Positions 24,268 to 37,085 of a stretch of DNA of 64,000 nt are shown here, in pieces. The translations under genes were made by a program, and so were the position numbers. The notes beneath the pieces were generated by a model, which was given only the letters and a program-made list of their open reading frames with translations, searched no databases and was not told the DNA's origin. The stretch's first letter is position 1. The number at the start of each line of letters is the position of its first letter. Origin of the DNA: Fimicolochytrium jonesii (taxonomy: Eukaryota); NCBI RefSeq assembly GCF_025526975.1, contig NW_026515671.1, forward strand, positions 1,426,001 to 1,490,000, given 5' to 3'.

Positions 24268-26163
24268 ATGGGCTACGTAACAGTCCTCGTCCAGCACGCA
24301 TGGGCCCTCCAACCCAACGCCCCTTCCCAAGCCCAAAAACAGGCCCCCTCCTCCCCCACCACCAAACCCTCAACCCCACTCCCCACCACCTCCACCCGCC
24401 TCCTTCCCACCGACATCGCCCACCTCCTCCACCTCCATTCAACAACCACCTCTCCTACCGACCACCACCTCTACACCGCGCAACTCACCGACGTCCTTGA
24501 CCGTCTGCACCACGCCGTCCTTGGTCCCGCACTCTCCCCGCCACCACCGCCAGCGGAGCCCACCAAATCAACCACCACGACCCCCTTATACCGCCCGAAA
24601 AAGGGAATGCCCCGCCTCGCCTCCTCCCGCATCACCCTCGGCGCCCCCAGCGTCGCACTCGCCCCCTGCCGTCCCTCGGACTCCGCCCGGCGGGCGGCCA
24701 TGCGGATCCGGTTGTGTCTTTTGGTGTTTGTGGGGTGTGCGGTGGGTGAGTGGAGGAGGAAGGCGGCGGGGCGGTTGTATGAGGCGTTGGATACGGGGAA
24801 TGAGTTACGCGGGGATGCGGTTGAGGTGGAGGGGTTGGGGGGGTTAGTGGAGGGTGTTGCGGGGGTGCTTGCAGGATGGAGGGGGGAAGGGAGGGTGGAG
24901 GAGGTCAAGTTGGTGCTTTTGGTAGGTTTTCCTTTTGCGGGGGTTTTTGTGATGTTTTGATGGTGGTTTCTGGGATCTGAGTGATTGAGTTTCTTGGTTG
25001 CAGTGTCTGGGGAAGATCGTGGAGCGGTTGGAGTATGCTTTTGAAGAGTCGCCGTTCACTTTCCCGCCGTCGGTTTTGACGAGTCTGCAGACATGCTTGG
25101 AGTTCATCGACGAGTCTCGTGCCTCATACGAAGGCGATCATTTTGTTACGGTCATGATGGCCATGACGAAAGACTCGGTATGTACTACAACGATGGGTTT
25201 TGGATTTCTTTTTTAGTGTGTGAATAACCGACTCAACTCCCACAGCTCCAATGGCTCCTCCACACAAACCACACCGACTCCCACCCCCGCACCACAACCC
25301 CTCAAACCTACCTCAAAAGCATCTGCCGCGGCACGCTCTGGAAGGACCCGATGCGGATTCTCGACATCCCCACCGTCGTCCTCCAAGAAGTGCGCGAGAA
25401 GGGCGGGACGCGCCTCACCCGGCAACTCCTCGAGGTCCTCGCCACGGCCGCCACAAGCAACGACGTGGCCTGCAAATGCTATTTGCAATGCGTGAGGGAG
25501 TTGAAGGATGATTGGATGATGATGTATTATGGGGTCGTGCTTCTGGGGGCGGTTGTGCAGAGGCATCGGAGTTCGGCGGTTGTTGGGGTGGCGATGGGGG
25601 AGGGGTTGGTTGCGATTTTGGAGCAGGATGGGGAGAGGTGGGCTGATGTTGCTGACGATGAGGAGTGGATGAGGGTGCAGGAAGGGGCTGTGGATGCTTT
25701 GCACGACATTTGGAAGCACTTTCCCACGGTGTCGCTGGGGTTGATGGCTCTCGAAAGCGCCCGAGCTGTGGGAGGACGGTTGGAGGAGCGGATACGGAAT
25801 CGTGGGCCATCGGTGTTCAAGACATCACACTTATTCACGTTCAGATCAGCTGGATTTGCGACGAGACTCCTCAAGGCTAGGGCGCGATCCGGAAGGGTAT
25901 TGCAACCTGTGAAGACGCTGAACCGGAAGCCGCAGTCGCATACGACTCAAGAAGATAGACCTTTATCTATAGCCCCCTATCATAGAAACTTCCTGGCTAG
26001 TTTGGGCACATCGAACGGTTCGCTGAACGAATCCCCCAAGGTAGCACCCTCGTTCCTGAGTAGCTCCTTGCACCCCACCTTCTCCCTTCGTCAGAACCAG
26101 TACTCCCCAGCCTATCGGAGGAAGCTCTTTACTCCAGGCCACAACCCTTCTTCAGATCTGTAG
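24268..26163 (+). CDS. Hypothetical protein, probably alpha-helical, ~3 exons
   Basis: Long ORFs 24268-24960 and 25351-26163 with a linking exon ~25003-25177 bounded by AG/GT. No family recognised; start uncertain. Confidence 0.5.
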
Positions 26164-26278
26164 GCATACATGCTACATAGCTCGAATGGAAGCGGTTCAC
26201 AGATGCGGAACAAAGATGAAGTGCGGCAAAAAGGTTTTTCATTGAGATAGCGAGCGATATGTATATACAAGGAACCGC

Positions 26279-26869
26279 TTAAGCAACGGTGGCCTTGCGT
26301 GCACGGACACCACGGAGCTTCTTGGGCTTCTGGGCCTTGGGCTTCTGTTGAGCCTCAGTGACACGGGTGAGACGAGCGAGAGCAGCCTTCTGGAGGTCGG
26401 GGCGGTAGGTGCTCAAAAGGTTGGTGACGCTCTTGGAAGAGGCACGGACTCCCTTCTGGATGGTGGTCTTGTGGCCCAACTTGGCGTGCTTGTGGGCAGG
26501 CACCGAGGTCTTCTTCAGTGTGATGTGGGCACCCTTCTCAGCGAACTGGATGTCGATGGTCTATCAAAACGTCATAAAGCGGAGGTACTGATCAGCTTTC
26601 CGGTCCATCGGCCCTCCCACCCCTGCGTTCGAATGCCCCATTCCCCAGCTCCTTCACTCCTCACCTTCCTCTGGGCGAGACCAGAGTACTTCAGGGAGTT
26701 CTTGTTAAGAAGATTTCCAGGCTCCCTGGTCAACTGGATGCCGTTCCTCTTCACAAGGAAGGAGGATTGGTCGCGGGTCTGTCCAAGAGACTGAATGTCA
26801 GCATTTGCGCTAGTGAAAGTGCCTATATTTCCCAGTACCCACCAACAGCCAAATGAGATCGGATGACAT
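26279..26869 (-). CDS. RPL28: 60S ribosomal protein eL28, 3 coding exons
   Basis: MSSDLIWLL|TRDQSSFLVKRNGIQLTREPGNLLNKNSLKYSGLAQRK|TIDI...YRPDLQKAALAR. Confidence 0.93.
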
Positions 26870-27986
26870 CTATACAAGAAAGGAAATTGAGTTAGCTGGC
26901 TGAGCTGATTTCCTCGGGCATAGGTTCCCTTCCTCTGAAGGGGGTTGTGATATATACCTTGTTGATTCCTTTTGCGAGAGGATGTGCGTAAAAGGGAAGG
27001 AGCGGAAACCAAACCTGTCTTGCTGTTGCTTTCGCCGCCCGTCGTCGTTCCGGCCAGGCAAGCAAAAACGGCACCAGGTCACGTGACACTCACGATTACC
27101 TAATCGTGCGCGTGCACACACATATTTCCAGAACGTCTTCTGAGGCGGAAGCTGCCACATGTGATGAAAGCACTTGGGAGACTTGATGATTGTTCCAGTT
27201 GTGTTGTGTTGTGGTATGGCTTCCCTCTCCAGTAACGCACCCTAGAGAAGGTGGCGGCGGAATAAATGGGGTTGGAGGCAACAGTCAGACATAGCAACCA
27301 GTAGCAGACTGATGTCGTCGGCGGCAAATCAAGATACGGTTGTCCACATCCGTTGTTGCATCGGGGCGGGCTGGAGATAGTTGTCCAACAGGCCGTCCAC
27401 CAACGACCCGAGACATCCACTCTTCTGTTGCAACGCGTCCGGACTTCCAGGCTGTTATGAAATATGCTCTCGTGCTCTCGCCGCTAGCAGACCACAGAAA
27501 TCCGAGGTAACGTTGGTTAGCACATTTTACGCTATCCACCACATTGGAAATTATAGCTGTGTGATGGAGACAATGCTCACGCGCCTGTCATGCCGACTCC
27601 TTTGTTTGTCGAACGTACAGGAGCACGAACAATCCGACACCATATACAAGGTTCATTTAACCGGCGGATTTCACCATGGCCGTTGAATCAGCCTTTGATT
27701 ACCTGCTTATCGCCGAGTTTGTCCCAACTTCCAACCCTACTTTCCGGCAGTTTATAGTGAGAGCTGCGGATCGGTAATACATTGTTGTGGGGGTCTCGGT
27801 TTGATAGGCTTTGGGGACTAATATAATCCAGGTGTTTGTTTGTCTGAGGTAGGTGCCCAATGTCCTTCCCCTAGAAATGTCCGCCCTGTATGTGTCGCCG
27901 TCTGTATTCAAACTTTGCTCCCTCGTTCGGCTTCTTCCCTTCACCCTTCTTGAGACGGTATTCCACCTCGTTCCTCGTTTATCGTG

Positions 27987-29242
27987 ATGGCCGCACCTGC
28001 TCCGTTAGACGCCATCGGCTACCTCCGTGAGGCCTACACGGCTTCCAAATAGCTTATGTCAACCTCGGATCGACTCCCCACTACCGCCAAGACCAGTTTG
28101 TGCTAATCCGTGAGCTGAACTGGCTGATCTTCGAATGTCTTTACACTACTACCGCCGAAGAGGGCGGTAAGGTTCTCGGGACGGTCCAGACCATATGGGA
28201 GACCGGTACCACACAGCGCCAAAGAGTGCACTTTGTAGATTCCGTCTTTGAGAGCATCAAGCTGTTCTTGACGACGCTTAAGGCGGTTGGTGGAGCCACC
28301 CCTAGGGCGTCGCGACGAGGATCCCCCGCCAGTCGCCCGTCGTCCGCGTCCCGCTCCCCCGAGTCATCGCGTGTGTCCTCGCGCCGGTCGTCGGTTGATC
28401 GATCCAGTCATAGCTCGCCGTATTCGCGGGACACGTTGGTGGAAGCCGTGCGGCGAGCAATGATTGCATTTACCAACAAAGACGGTGCCGTCCAACGGGA
28501 TGGGGAACTCAAGTAGGAAGCTAATGAGAGAGATTCCTATCGATGCGTTTATTCGGGCTTTTTGTCGTCGACGGCACCTCCGCAAACTATCGCCGATGCG
28601 AGGGAAGAGGGGCTTGATTTGCAAATGACGGAGGTGCACACATAGTACCCTTATCCATCTCCCGAGTGCCGGTATGTTAAAGTCTATTTGGAGGCAGGAG
28701 GGTGTGTAGCTGACGTGCGTATCCTTTTTCAGGGCGCCAGCAAGCATTTCGAGATGGCGCTCGAAATGTTCGGCCACCGCGATCTCAAGTTCGATGAAGT
28801 GGATGTGATATCAAAAATAATCACGCTAGGTCCAACCGCACAGTTCAATTTCGGGCGCTTCTACTGGGTTATCGACGCCACTAAGACGGACGAGGGAGAC
28901 ATGGTTTACCGCATCACCCACCTCGATAAAGCACAGGGTCCGAGATGGCGCTCTGTCGGGGCACTAGAAAATGCACGGATAGAAGACGGGGAAAAGCTCT
29001 TGCTTGATGGCTTTCAAGTGGACCGACCGGACCGCAAGTTCTTTGACCTGCATGCGAAAGTGGGGCGTGTCCTCCACGCAAGTGGTGTTGGTCTGGGTGT
29101 TGGTGGAGTTGTAGAAAACGCCATGCGGAACGACGGTCACGAGGCGGCGGCGACAACACACACGGGAGTCGACTCAAGTAGGAACGTCAACGACTTTCTA
29201 ACTGAAAACAACTGGATAATGCCAGGACACCAACAAGAATAG
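27987..29242 (+). pseudogene. Fungal HNH_2-type endonuclease pseudogene
   Basis: RDSYRCVYSG, TE(V)AHIVPLS (requires a 1-nt repair near 28635) and PDRKFFDLHAKVGRVLHASG. In-frame TAG at 28050-28052 and 28514-28516, a frameshift near 28095, and intron 28672-28732. Confidence 0.72.
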
Positions 29243-29355
29243 AGGAAGCCTTCAGGGTATCTGCAGATCTATACACGTAGGATATGTAGACCTGTATAGC
29301 GATTATTTATGAGATGTTGCTCTCTCTTAGTTCTATCAAAGCGGCATCTTGAACT

Positions 29356-31038
29356 ATGGCTATCATCGTAACTGCTCTCGTGGCCCTTTTGGCAATCGTT
29401 GGTGGCGCTTTGTTCCCCGCTGGTATGTGTCTCGTCCAGTCACTCGGTATCATGTGCTTCAGCCTTTGACGCCATTTCGCACTCCTCAAGGGCGAACCTT
29501 CTACAGGCTACAGCAAGAGAACAGGGGGTTGCAATACACGGCCGACTCATCTTGCAAGCTTGTGCAAGGTGCGTGGTGCCCGTCACTTTGCGATGGTGGA
29601 ATTTTTCTCACCTGGGATGCGATACATATACAGACCCCTTGTTACGCGGATGCGAGAACGGCGCGCTTCATGCAGCGTCGGGACAGGTTTTCTTTGGTAA
29701 ACGACAGTGGAGTTCCCTTATCTGAATCACAGAGCGGATGTCTGATGCGATGCTTTGGGTGCTCTCTTAAGCCTGTGCGGTGGATCTTGAAACAAGGTCG
29801 AAATGGTTTCCGCCCGCCCACCTTCTTGATCGTGAGGCCGCTAAGGAGCCCAAAGGCGCCATAGTCGTTCTTGATTTGAAGGTTTGCTACGATGCATGCC
29901 CCAACAGGACATTTAAGGCTGTCTCGGTAGCGTTCCTCAAGCCACAATCTTTTCATTCCAGACGACGAAAGCCCGCAAACTCGACCTCCACAACTTCACC
30001 CCATCCTTCCACACCTTCGGCATCGGCATCGCGCCCTCACGCTCCGACCCCAAATCCATCATCATCTCCGCCGTTAACGTCGGACTCGATGGCAACTCGA
30101 TCGAGACCTTCACCCATAAAATCGGCGATAAGCACGCGACGCATGTCAATACCTTCCGCGATGAGAAACTGCTTCATTCGCCGAATGATGTGGTGCCAAT
30201 TGATGAGGATAGCTTTTACGCGACGAATGATCGGAGTAAGGCTGCGGTTGGGTCGCTGGCGTGGGGGATTGTGGGTAATTTGGGGTGGTCGAAAGCTGCT
30301 ACCGTTGTGTATAAGGGCAAGGACGGGAAGGCCAGGTAAGGAGCACCGTGGATGGGGTCTGATGATACTGCCACATGGAGATGGTGCTACAAGCATAGCG
30401 CTAACGGTGCGGAACACGCAGAGTGGTAGCAGATAAGTTCACCCTCGCGAACGGGATCACAACTTCCGCCGATCAAAAGCACGTCTATGTGGTCGACACC
30501 ATGGCGGCCATCGTCAATGTGTACGAGCGCCGACACAACAACGGTCTCCGGTTGAGAGATACGATCGAAGTGGTGGGTGCATAACAATGGGGCGGAAAGA
30601 GGGGGGACACGGGAGTTTCACTGACGGCATGTCTCACTTAGCCGGTGCTTGGGGACAATGTGGCGGTGGACGGTTCCACCGGCGCCATCTACGTGTCGGG
30701 GGTGATCGACATTATGGGATGCCTCAAGGACATCCCAATGAAATCTCCGTGCCTCAGCGGGGTAAGTCACTACCATGCATTCCATCCTCTCCCATTACAC
30801 AGGGTCGAAAGGAGGGCCAGCCCTCATTCACACTATCTCCCCCACACCCCAGGTCGTTAAAGTCACCAACAACACAGGCTCAGACCAACTCTACGGCAAA
30901 AAGTTCAACGCAGACGTCGTGCACACCGAGTTTGATCGCGTGGTGCCTGCCGGTATCGCAGCAGTGGACCATCATTTGAAGAAGAGCTTTGTGGCGGGGT
31001 GGCATGGGGGCGTAGTTGTTTGTGATAAGGTGTTTTGA
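29356..31038 (+). CDS. Paraoxonase/arylesterase-like Ca-dependent six-bladed beta-propeller with N-terminal signal/anchor, multi-exon
   Basis: MAIIVTALVALLAIVGGALF, GCEN, FHTFGI, NSIETF, SPNDVV, SFYATND, ANGI and GDNVAVD follow the PON motif order. Confidence 0.82.
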
Positions 31039-31228
31039 AGGGCGTAGCTAGTTTAATCCCGCTTTTGTGCAACTGTACCCACCCCTTATGGGTTCTCCGG
31101 ATTGGTGCTTGTGATGTTGTAGCTGTAGCATATGTCACATTCGTACGAATCCGCTATGGAGCGTCCCAGTACGCTGCATATATGATTGATTCGTCGATAA
31201 GGTATATATCTTACAACCTGTCCCCAGA

Positions 31229-32542
31229 TTATTTTGCAAGCGCAAATCGCTGTGCCGACCGTTGGAACAAGCTCTCCTTCAGTGTGTACTCCTCCACTAA
31301 CGGGTGTTGCGGGGCCAGTTCCTTCAGTTTGCTGTTGAGTGAAAGCGAGAGGAATTCCCGTTAATGGACGGAAAAGGAACGGGACGTGAGCTATAAAGGA
31401 ACTGTAAGTTATGACAGGGCACCGTACCCGAAATATTGGTTGATGATCTCAGGCGACTTGCCGGTAGCAGCCGCGCAGGATACCAGGTTTGCTATCAGGT
31501 CCGGATCGTTTGGGCACTGCAAAGCAAGCAATGGTGGGCATTATTATCCCCAGAATTCCCCATCGCCCCTAACGCCCACCAGTGATTCACTGATACATAC
31601 CCTGCTCAACCCTTCCACCAAGATCCGCTCCGCTTCTGCAAACTCCCCAGCCTGCATCTTGCATATCGCGCGGCCAGAAATGATTCGTCCCGTGGCAGAT
31701 TTAGATGATGCGAGCTCTTCGAAGATGTATTCCGAGTCTTGAATGTTTTGACGTCCACCCTGGAAAATGCCGAGAGGGTTTACATTTCCATCATATGGGA
31801 ATCCTTACAAAACGACATCGGCAGTCTCACCACAGCGCATTTCGCCCAGGCTTCCGCCAGTTGTGCCAAAGTGGCGTCATCTGCCCACGTCCTCAACTTC
31901 TCCACTTCCCGCTGTGCAAACTCGGGCCGATCGAGCTTGAGATAGCATTGTACCGCAATCGCCACACTGTAAGGTATCTTCGACGTAAGCCAGCCCGCCA
32001 TCATTTCCCTCAGCATTCGCAACAGAGTGCTCTTCCTCCTACCATTCCAAGTTCCGCGGTATCGGCAACACCCCCTGCAACGCCTCAGTATACCGTTCTT
32101 CCGCATACAAAATCAACGCCGTAATGGCCTGCACCGTACTACTATGCGCATTGTTCCCCGTCCCCACGAGCGCCAAAATATCGCCAACAACTTTCGCCTT
32201 CGCCCCCGAGTTCCTCGTCCCGATCGCCTGTTGATGGAGCGCGTGCAATCGGACGGCCTGCAGCTCCGCGTCGGGCGAAGACTGCAGCTCGGAAATGACG
32301 CGATCGAGTTTGTTGGATGCGAGGAGGGCGCGGTAGGCGAGGACTCGGCGGTCTACGGAGGCGTCGCGCGAGCTGAGGGCTTCGTCGATGACTTGGGGGT
32401 AGGAGCCCAGGTGGTAGTTGTTGCGGAGGAGGCGCAGTTCATCTTTGGAGAAGTCCGGTGATCAGTAGGTTGTTCAAACGGACCGCACTCAAGCATTCAT
32501 GCGCTGTTCTGACTATGCCAACGTACCTATGAAGTCGCCCAT
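31229..32542 (-). CDS. SEC28: Coatomer subunit epsilon, multi-exon
   Basis: DELRLLRNNYHLGSYPQVI, AVQCYLKLDRPEFA, WADDATLAQLAEAW, QDSEYIFEEL, DPNDPDLIANL and the C-terminal LFQRSAQRFA. Confidence 0.88.
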
Positions 32543-32816
32543 CTTCGAAAGTGTTGCCTTTTGCGTATCACGGTGTATCTGTAGGTGTCTCCATCTGTTG
32601 TCTTCGTGGGAATCGGCCAAATGAAGAGGCAGTCCTGCGGCGCAATGGTCTTGGAGTTTGAGAAGCTCCCCACTTGAGGAGCTTGACGCGACAGGGAAAT
32701 CAGCACTTTCCCGTTTCCTTTTTTTTCTGTTGCAACAAGGGTGCAATTCAAACCCCGTCTCGACCCACAAACCGACTACACCGTTCGACTCTCCACTCAC
32801 AGGAAACACCGTCGCT

Positions 32817-34435
32817 ATGAGTAACGACAGCGCCGAAGTAGAGACCGCTGGGGCCGAGGTTAAGAAGACTTTCGAGGACTTGGTATGTTGCGCCCACAGA
32901 CCTTGTGAAAAGCATTCCGAGCTCACAATGGTGTGTTTTGGCCTATCTCCGCAGGGTCTGCTTCCCCAGCTTGTAGAAGCATGTAAGAAGCTCAACTTCA
33001 CACACCCGTCCGATATTCAAGTTGCTTCTATTCCCCATGCCCTGGAAGGTGCGTCTTGTCTGACTGGAAGAGCATGGGAGAACGGGGTTTGCTAACAAAT
33101 GGGGGAACTTCATACATAAAGGAAGGGATATCATCGGACTAGCACAAACAGGTTCCGGAAAGACAGCCGCCTTCGCCCTACCTATCCTACAACGCTTGTT
33201 CGCTGCTCCCCAACCGCTCTTCGCATGCGTCATGGCACCCACCCGTGAATTAGCCTTCCAAATATCAGAGCAGTTCGAAGCCCTCGGATCGACCATCGGC
33301 GTACGCTGTGCCGTCATCGTCGGAGGAATGGACATGATGTCGCAAGCCATTGCGCTCTCGAAAAAACCACATATCGTCATTTGCACGCCTGGACGTCTCA
33401 TTGACCACTTGGAGAACACGAAAGGGTTCAACATGAAGCAGCTGAAGTATCTGGTCATGGATGAAGCTGATCGTTTGCTGGATTTGGATTTCGGCGCGGA
33501 GATTGAGAAACTGTTGAAAGTTATTCCGAGGGAGCGGAACACTTTCTTGTTTTCGGCGACTATGACCAGTAAGGTGGAGAAGCTGCAGAGGGCCTCCTTG
33601 GTCAACCCTGTTAAGGTGGAGGTTGCCACAAAGTAAGAACGTTTTGAAACGGTTTTAAAGACGTCCGTCATTGAGGCTCACCCAGTTGTGATCTAGGTAC
33701 TCCACCGTCTCGACACTACTCCAATACTACATCTTCTTCCCTCTCGCCCAAAAAGAGTGCTACTTAACATACCTCCTCAACGAGCTCGCCGGCCAAACCT
33801 GTATCGTCTTTACGCTCACTTGCGCAAGCACCCAAAAGCTCGCTCTCATGCTCCGCAACCTCGGCTTCGAAGCCGTCTGCCTCCACGGTCAAATGTCCCA
33901 ACCAAAACGCTTAGGCGCCCTCGGCAAATTCAAAGCCGGCACCCGCAACATCCTCATCGCCACCGACGTCGCCTCCCGCGGTCTCGATATCCCCTCCGTC
34001 GACATTGTCATCAACTACGACGTCCCGCAGAGTTCCAAGGACTACATCCACCGCGTCGGGCGGACCGCGCGTGCCGGACGCAGCGGGAAGAGTATCACCC
34101 TTGTGACGCAGTACGATGTCGAGTGGTACCAGCGCATCGAGCACGCCATGAACAAGAAGCTGGATGAGTACCCGTTGGGCAAGGATAAGGCGGCGGTGTT
34201 GATGCTGCAGGAGCGTGTGGCGGAGGCGACAAGGTTTGCGCATATGCAGTTGAAGGAGGAGTTGGCGAATGCGAAGGCGGGGGGTGTAGGAAAGAGGAAA
34301 CGGACGGGGGCTGGGGAGGGGCCGGGGGCGGAACAGGATGATGAGGAGAGTGTGAATAAGAGGCTGGTGAGGAAGGGGAATGGTGGTGGGAGAGGTGGGG
34401 GTAGGGGCGGGGGCTCTTCAAGAGGCCGCAAGTGA
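32817..34435 (+). CDS. RRP3: DEAD-box RNA helicase Rrp3/DDX47
   Basis: [61 protein letters not shown] and [12 protein letters not shown]. Confidence 0.95.
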
Positions 34436-34928
34436 GGTTTTGCTTGGGTGGTTGACAGATAGGCATCCCAGCGAGCGGGCGTCGTATTCATAGTCCATAT
34501 TTATGTAGATTATTCTCTCTAAAGATTTTGGCCCCGGTGCTCACTTTTCATATATAGGCATTCTACACAACATTTAACATAGACATCTTTGGCCGTTAGG
34601 CCTTTGTCCGATATTTTCGGTTTGGCAGCTGTGTGATGTCGATGGGGTAATAAAATCTTTCCCCCTCAAGTTAAGGTGGTTTCCTCATACCGCCCCCTTC
34701 ACCCGGTGGCGGCCGTTGGCTACCTGTGAAGCATGTGACACTCACTGATCAAAATCTGCCTCTTCGGAGCTCCATGTAATGCACGCAATCACGGGCCACG
34801 GCCAAGAGATCGAATCTATGATAAAATATCTATACAAAATGAAGCGACTCAAAAACCGTCGACCCCGCTCCGGCTTCCGAGGGGTTGTACGAAAATGACC
34901 CCCACATTCCACACCCGTGCTTAATGCT

Positions 34929-35876
34929 TCAAAGCAACGTCTCGCCCAAAGCCGCTCTTGCAAGAGAGCACCCAATCTGGATTGTCTGCAGCACAAACGA
35001 CTGCTCTCCCAGCAGCGGATTGACCTCCATGATATCCACCGCCACCAAGTTGCCCGTCTCAAACACCGACTCGCAGATAAAGTGTCCTTCCCTGAACGAC
35101 AAGCCGCCTCTTACAGGTGTTCCGGTCGCGGGCGCAACGGTCGGGTCAAGCGCGTCTACATCGAAACTGAGGTGGATGGGCTTGTCCTTCCCGAGGTACT
35201 CGATAGCCATCTCGACGATCTTGCCGATACCGTGCTTGTCAACATCGTGCATGCTGAACGCCTTGATCTTGTTATCCTTCAAGATCTTCTTCTCTGGCGC
35301 GTCCACGTCGCGCAGGCCAATGTACACGATGCGGTTGGTCGCCAGGCAGGGCTTGAGCCACTCGAACCCCGGCACGTCCGTCGCGCTCTTCAGACCCATC
35401 AGGAAGGAAACGGGGCACCCGTGCAGGTTTCCCGTGTCGGTGGTCTCTGGGGTGTTGATGTCCGCGTGCGCATCCACCCAGATGACACCCACGTCCTTGT
35501 GCACCGCCGCGGATCCGCCAATGGTGCCCATGGCGAGGGAATGGTCACCACCCAACGTCAACGCCAATTGCCCCTTCTCAACCACCGCCTTGACGCTCTC
35601 CGCGACGCTCTTTGTCACGGCGGAGACGTAACCCACGTTCTTGAGCTTGCCGTGGTTCTGCTCTGTCTGTGGCCGCAGGTGCTCGTAGGTCGGGAACTTT
35701 TCATCCACTTTGACTGCCCAACCCAGCTCCTTTAGTTGATCGACGAGGCCGAACTCGACGAGGCGGGCGGGACCCTGCTCGACGCCTCCGCGTGGCTGGC
35801 CGCCGCTGAATGCTGCTCCCACGACGCCGACGGTGAGGGGCGCCTTCAGGTACTTGTGCTGAACTTCGGAGGCCAT
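34929..35876 (-). CDS. CAR1: Arginase (intronless)
   Basis: LGGDHS, WVDAHADINTP, GNLHGCP, SFDVDALDP and TGTPVRGGL. Confidence 0.96.
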   Translation of the reverse strand: MASEVQHKYLKAPLTVGVVGAAFSGGQPRGGVEQGPARLVEFGLVDQLKELGWAVKVDEKFPTYEHLRPQTEQNHGKLKNVGYVSAVTKSVAESVKAVVEKGQLALTLGGDHSLAMGTIGGSAAVHKDVGVIWVDAHADINTPETTDTGNLHGCPVSFLMGLKSATDVPGFEWLKPCLATNRIVYIGLRDVDAPEKKILKDNKIKAFSMHDVDKHGIGKIVEMAIEYLGKDKPIHLSFDVDALDPTVAPATGTPVRGGLSFREGHFICESVFETGNLVAVDIMEVNPLLGEQSFVLQTIQIGCSLARAALGETLL

Positions 35877-37031
35877 TTTTGTTTGAACTACTCGCGCAGC
35901 GAAATATAGAGAGGACTAGATGAGCATCGAAATCCCGCAACAGACCATACAAACGAGCAGGGAAATGCAGCCACTATCCTCGAACGATACTCGAATAACT
36001 GAAGCCCACTGTCTAACTCGGAATGCAACTTACTTTATGGACTGCTCTTTTGAACTTCACAGGAATGGTTGCACCGTCCAAAACGCGGGTTAGTGGACTT
36101 ATTGAGCTGGAGGCGAGTCTGGCGACTTTGAGAACGCGAACTTGAGACGAAAGACGGAGGTCCTTATGCGATAGGCGATGGGGGAGTGGCGGAGAGGGGT
36201 GACTGCTTTAGCTTTCCCTTTTTATGTTTTCCGGAGAACAAGCGGAGGGGGGAGCCTGTTTGCGGTTTCCTTCTGTCCTCGTCACGTCGCAGTCACGGGT
36301 TGCTGGATAGATCTGGCAGATGGCTTGGACCCGGGACGCGCTTGGACTCAATCCCGTTATTGCCGGAGACCCTCCCCCCCCCACACACACTGCTGCCGTC
36401 CAACCCCCCCAATCCACCATGCGGGTTTGTTTCATCTAATCTTTGCTCCATAACATTCCCAGCTATAGCAACTTGCCTCATATATCTACATAGATCGCAT
36501 TGCTCATATGGCTCGATGTCGCAGGGCAGGATGTTGAGCTCCCGAGCGAGGCTTTGCGCAGCCATGGGACCGAATTTCGAAACCGCGCGCCGGTGGCTGG
36601 CCAGTGCCGACCGTACGCAAATTATGAGAGAAAAAAATGGTTGCTGCTCTGGTGGAAAAAAAAAAGGACACAGGGTCCAGATTCCAATCCACGTTCCTGC
36701 AAGCGCTGGTCTTTGCGTCCCGACATCGGGAGTTGCTCAATATGGCCGAGGAACACATCTGGCTGGCAGGTCAGCAGGTTCTTACATCAGGCGATTGCGC
36801 AACTCAGACGAAAGTAAAATCCGTTCAAAGCATTCGAGAACCTGATCCTAGCCCTGTTGACCTGCCATGGCCCGGCTCTCCCAGCGGATATAAAAGAACC
36901 GGTCTCCATCGCCCGGCTTCTCGATTACTTCCTCCAGGATGTCTGCTCGCCACCTCCTCCGTTCAAGGCTAGCGTTAAATGCTACCCGGTCTTCAACGAC
37001 CGTTATGATTAAGCCGCGAACGGGGGTGAGG

Positions 37032-37085
37032 ATGGGGATGGGGATGGGGATGGGGATGGGGATGGGGATGGGGATGGGGATGGGG
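37032..37085 (+). repeat. (ATGGGG)9 microsatellite
   Basis: Nine perfect hexamer units in the intergenic region between arginase and the HHE gene. Confidence 0.95.

Noticed and set aside
34550..34770. Possible snRNA/snoRNA between Rrp3 and arginase (TATA-like element, TGATG...CTGA, small stems)
   Set aside because: No match by eye to U1-U6, U3, U14, SRP or RNase P/MRP motifs, and it is compatible with overlapping 3'UTRs. An Rfam/Infernal scan would settle it.
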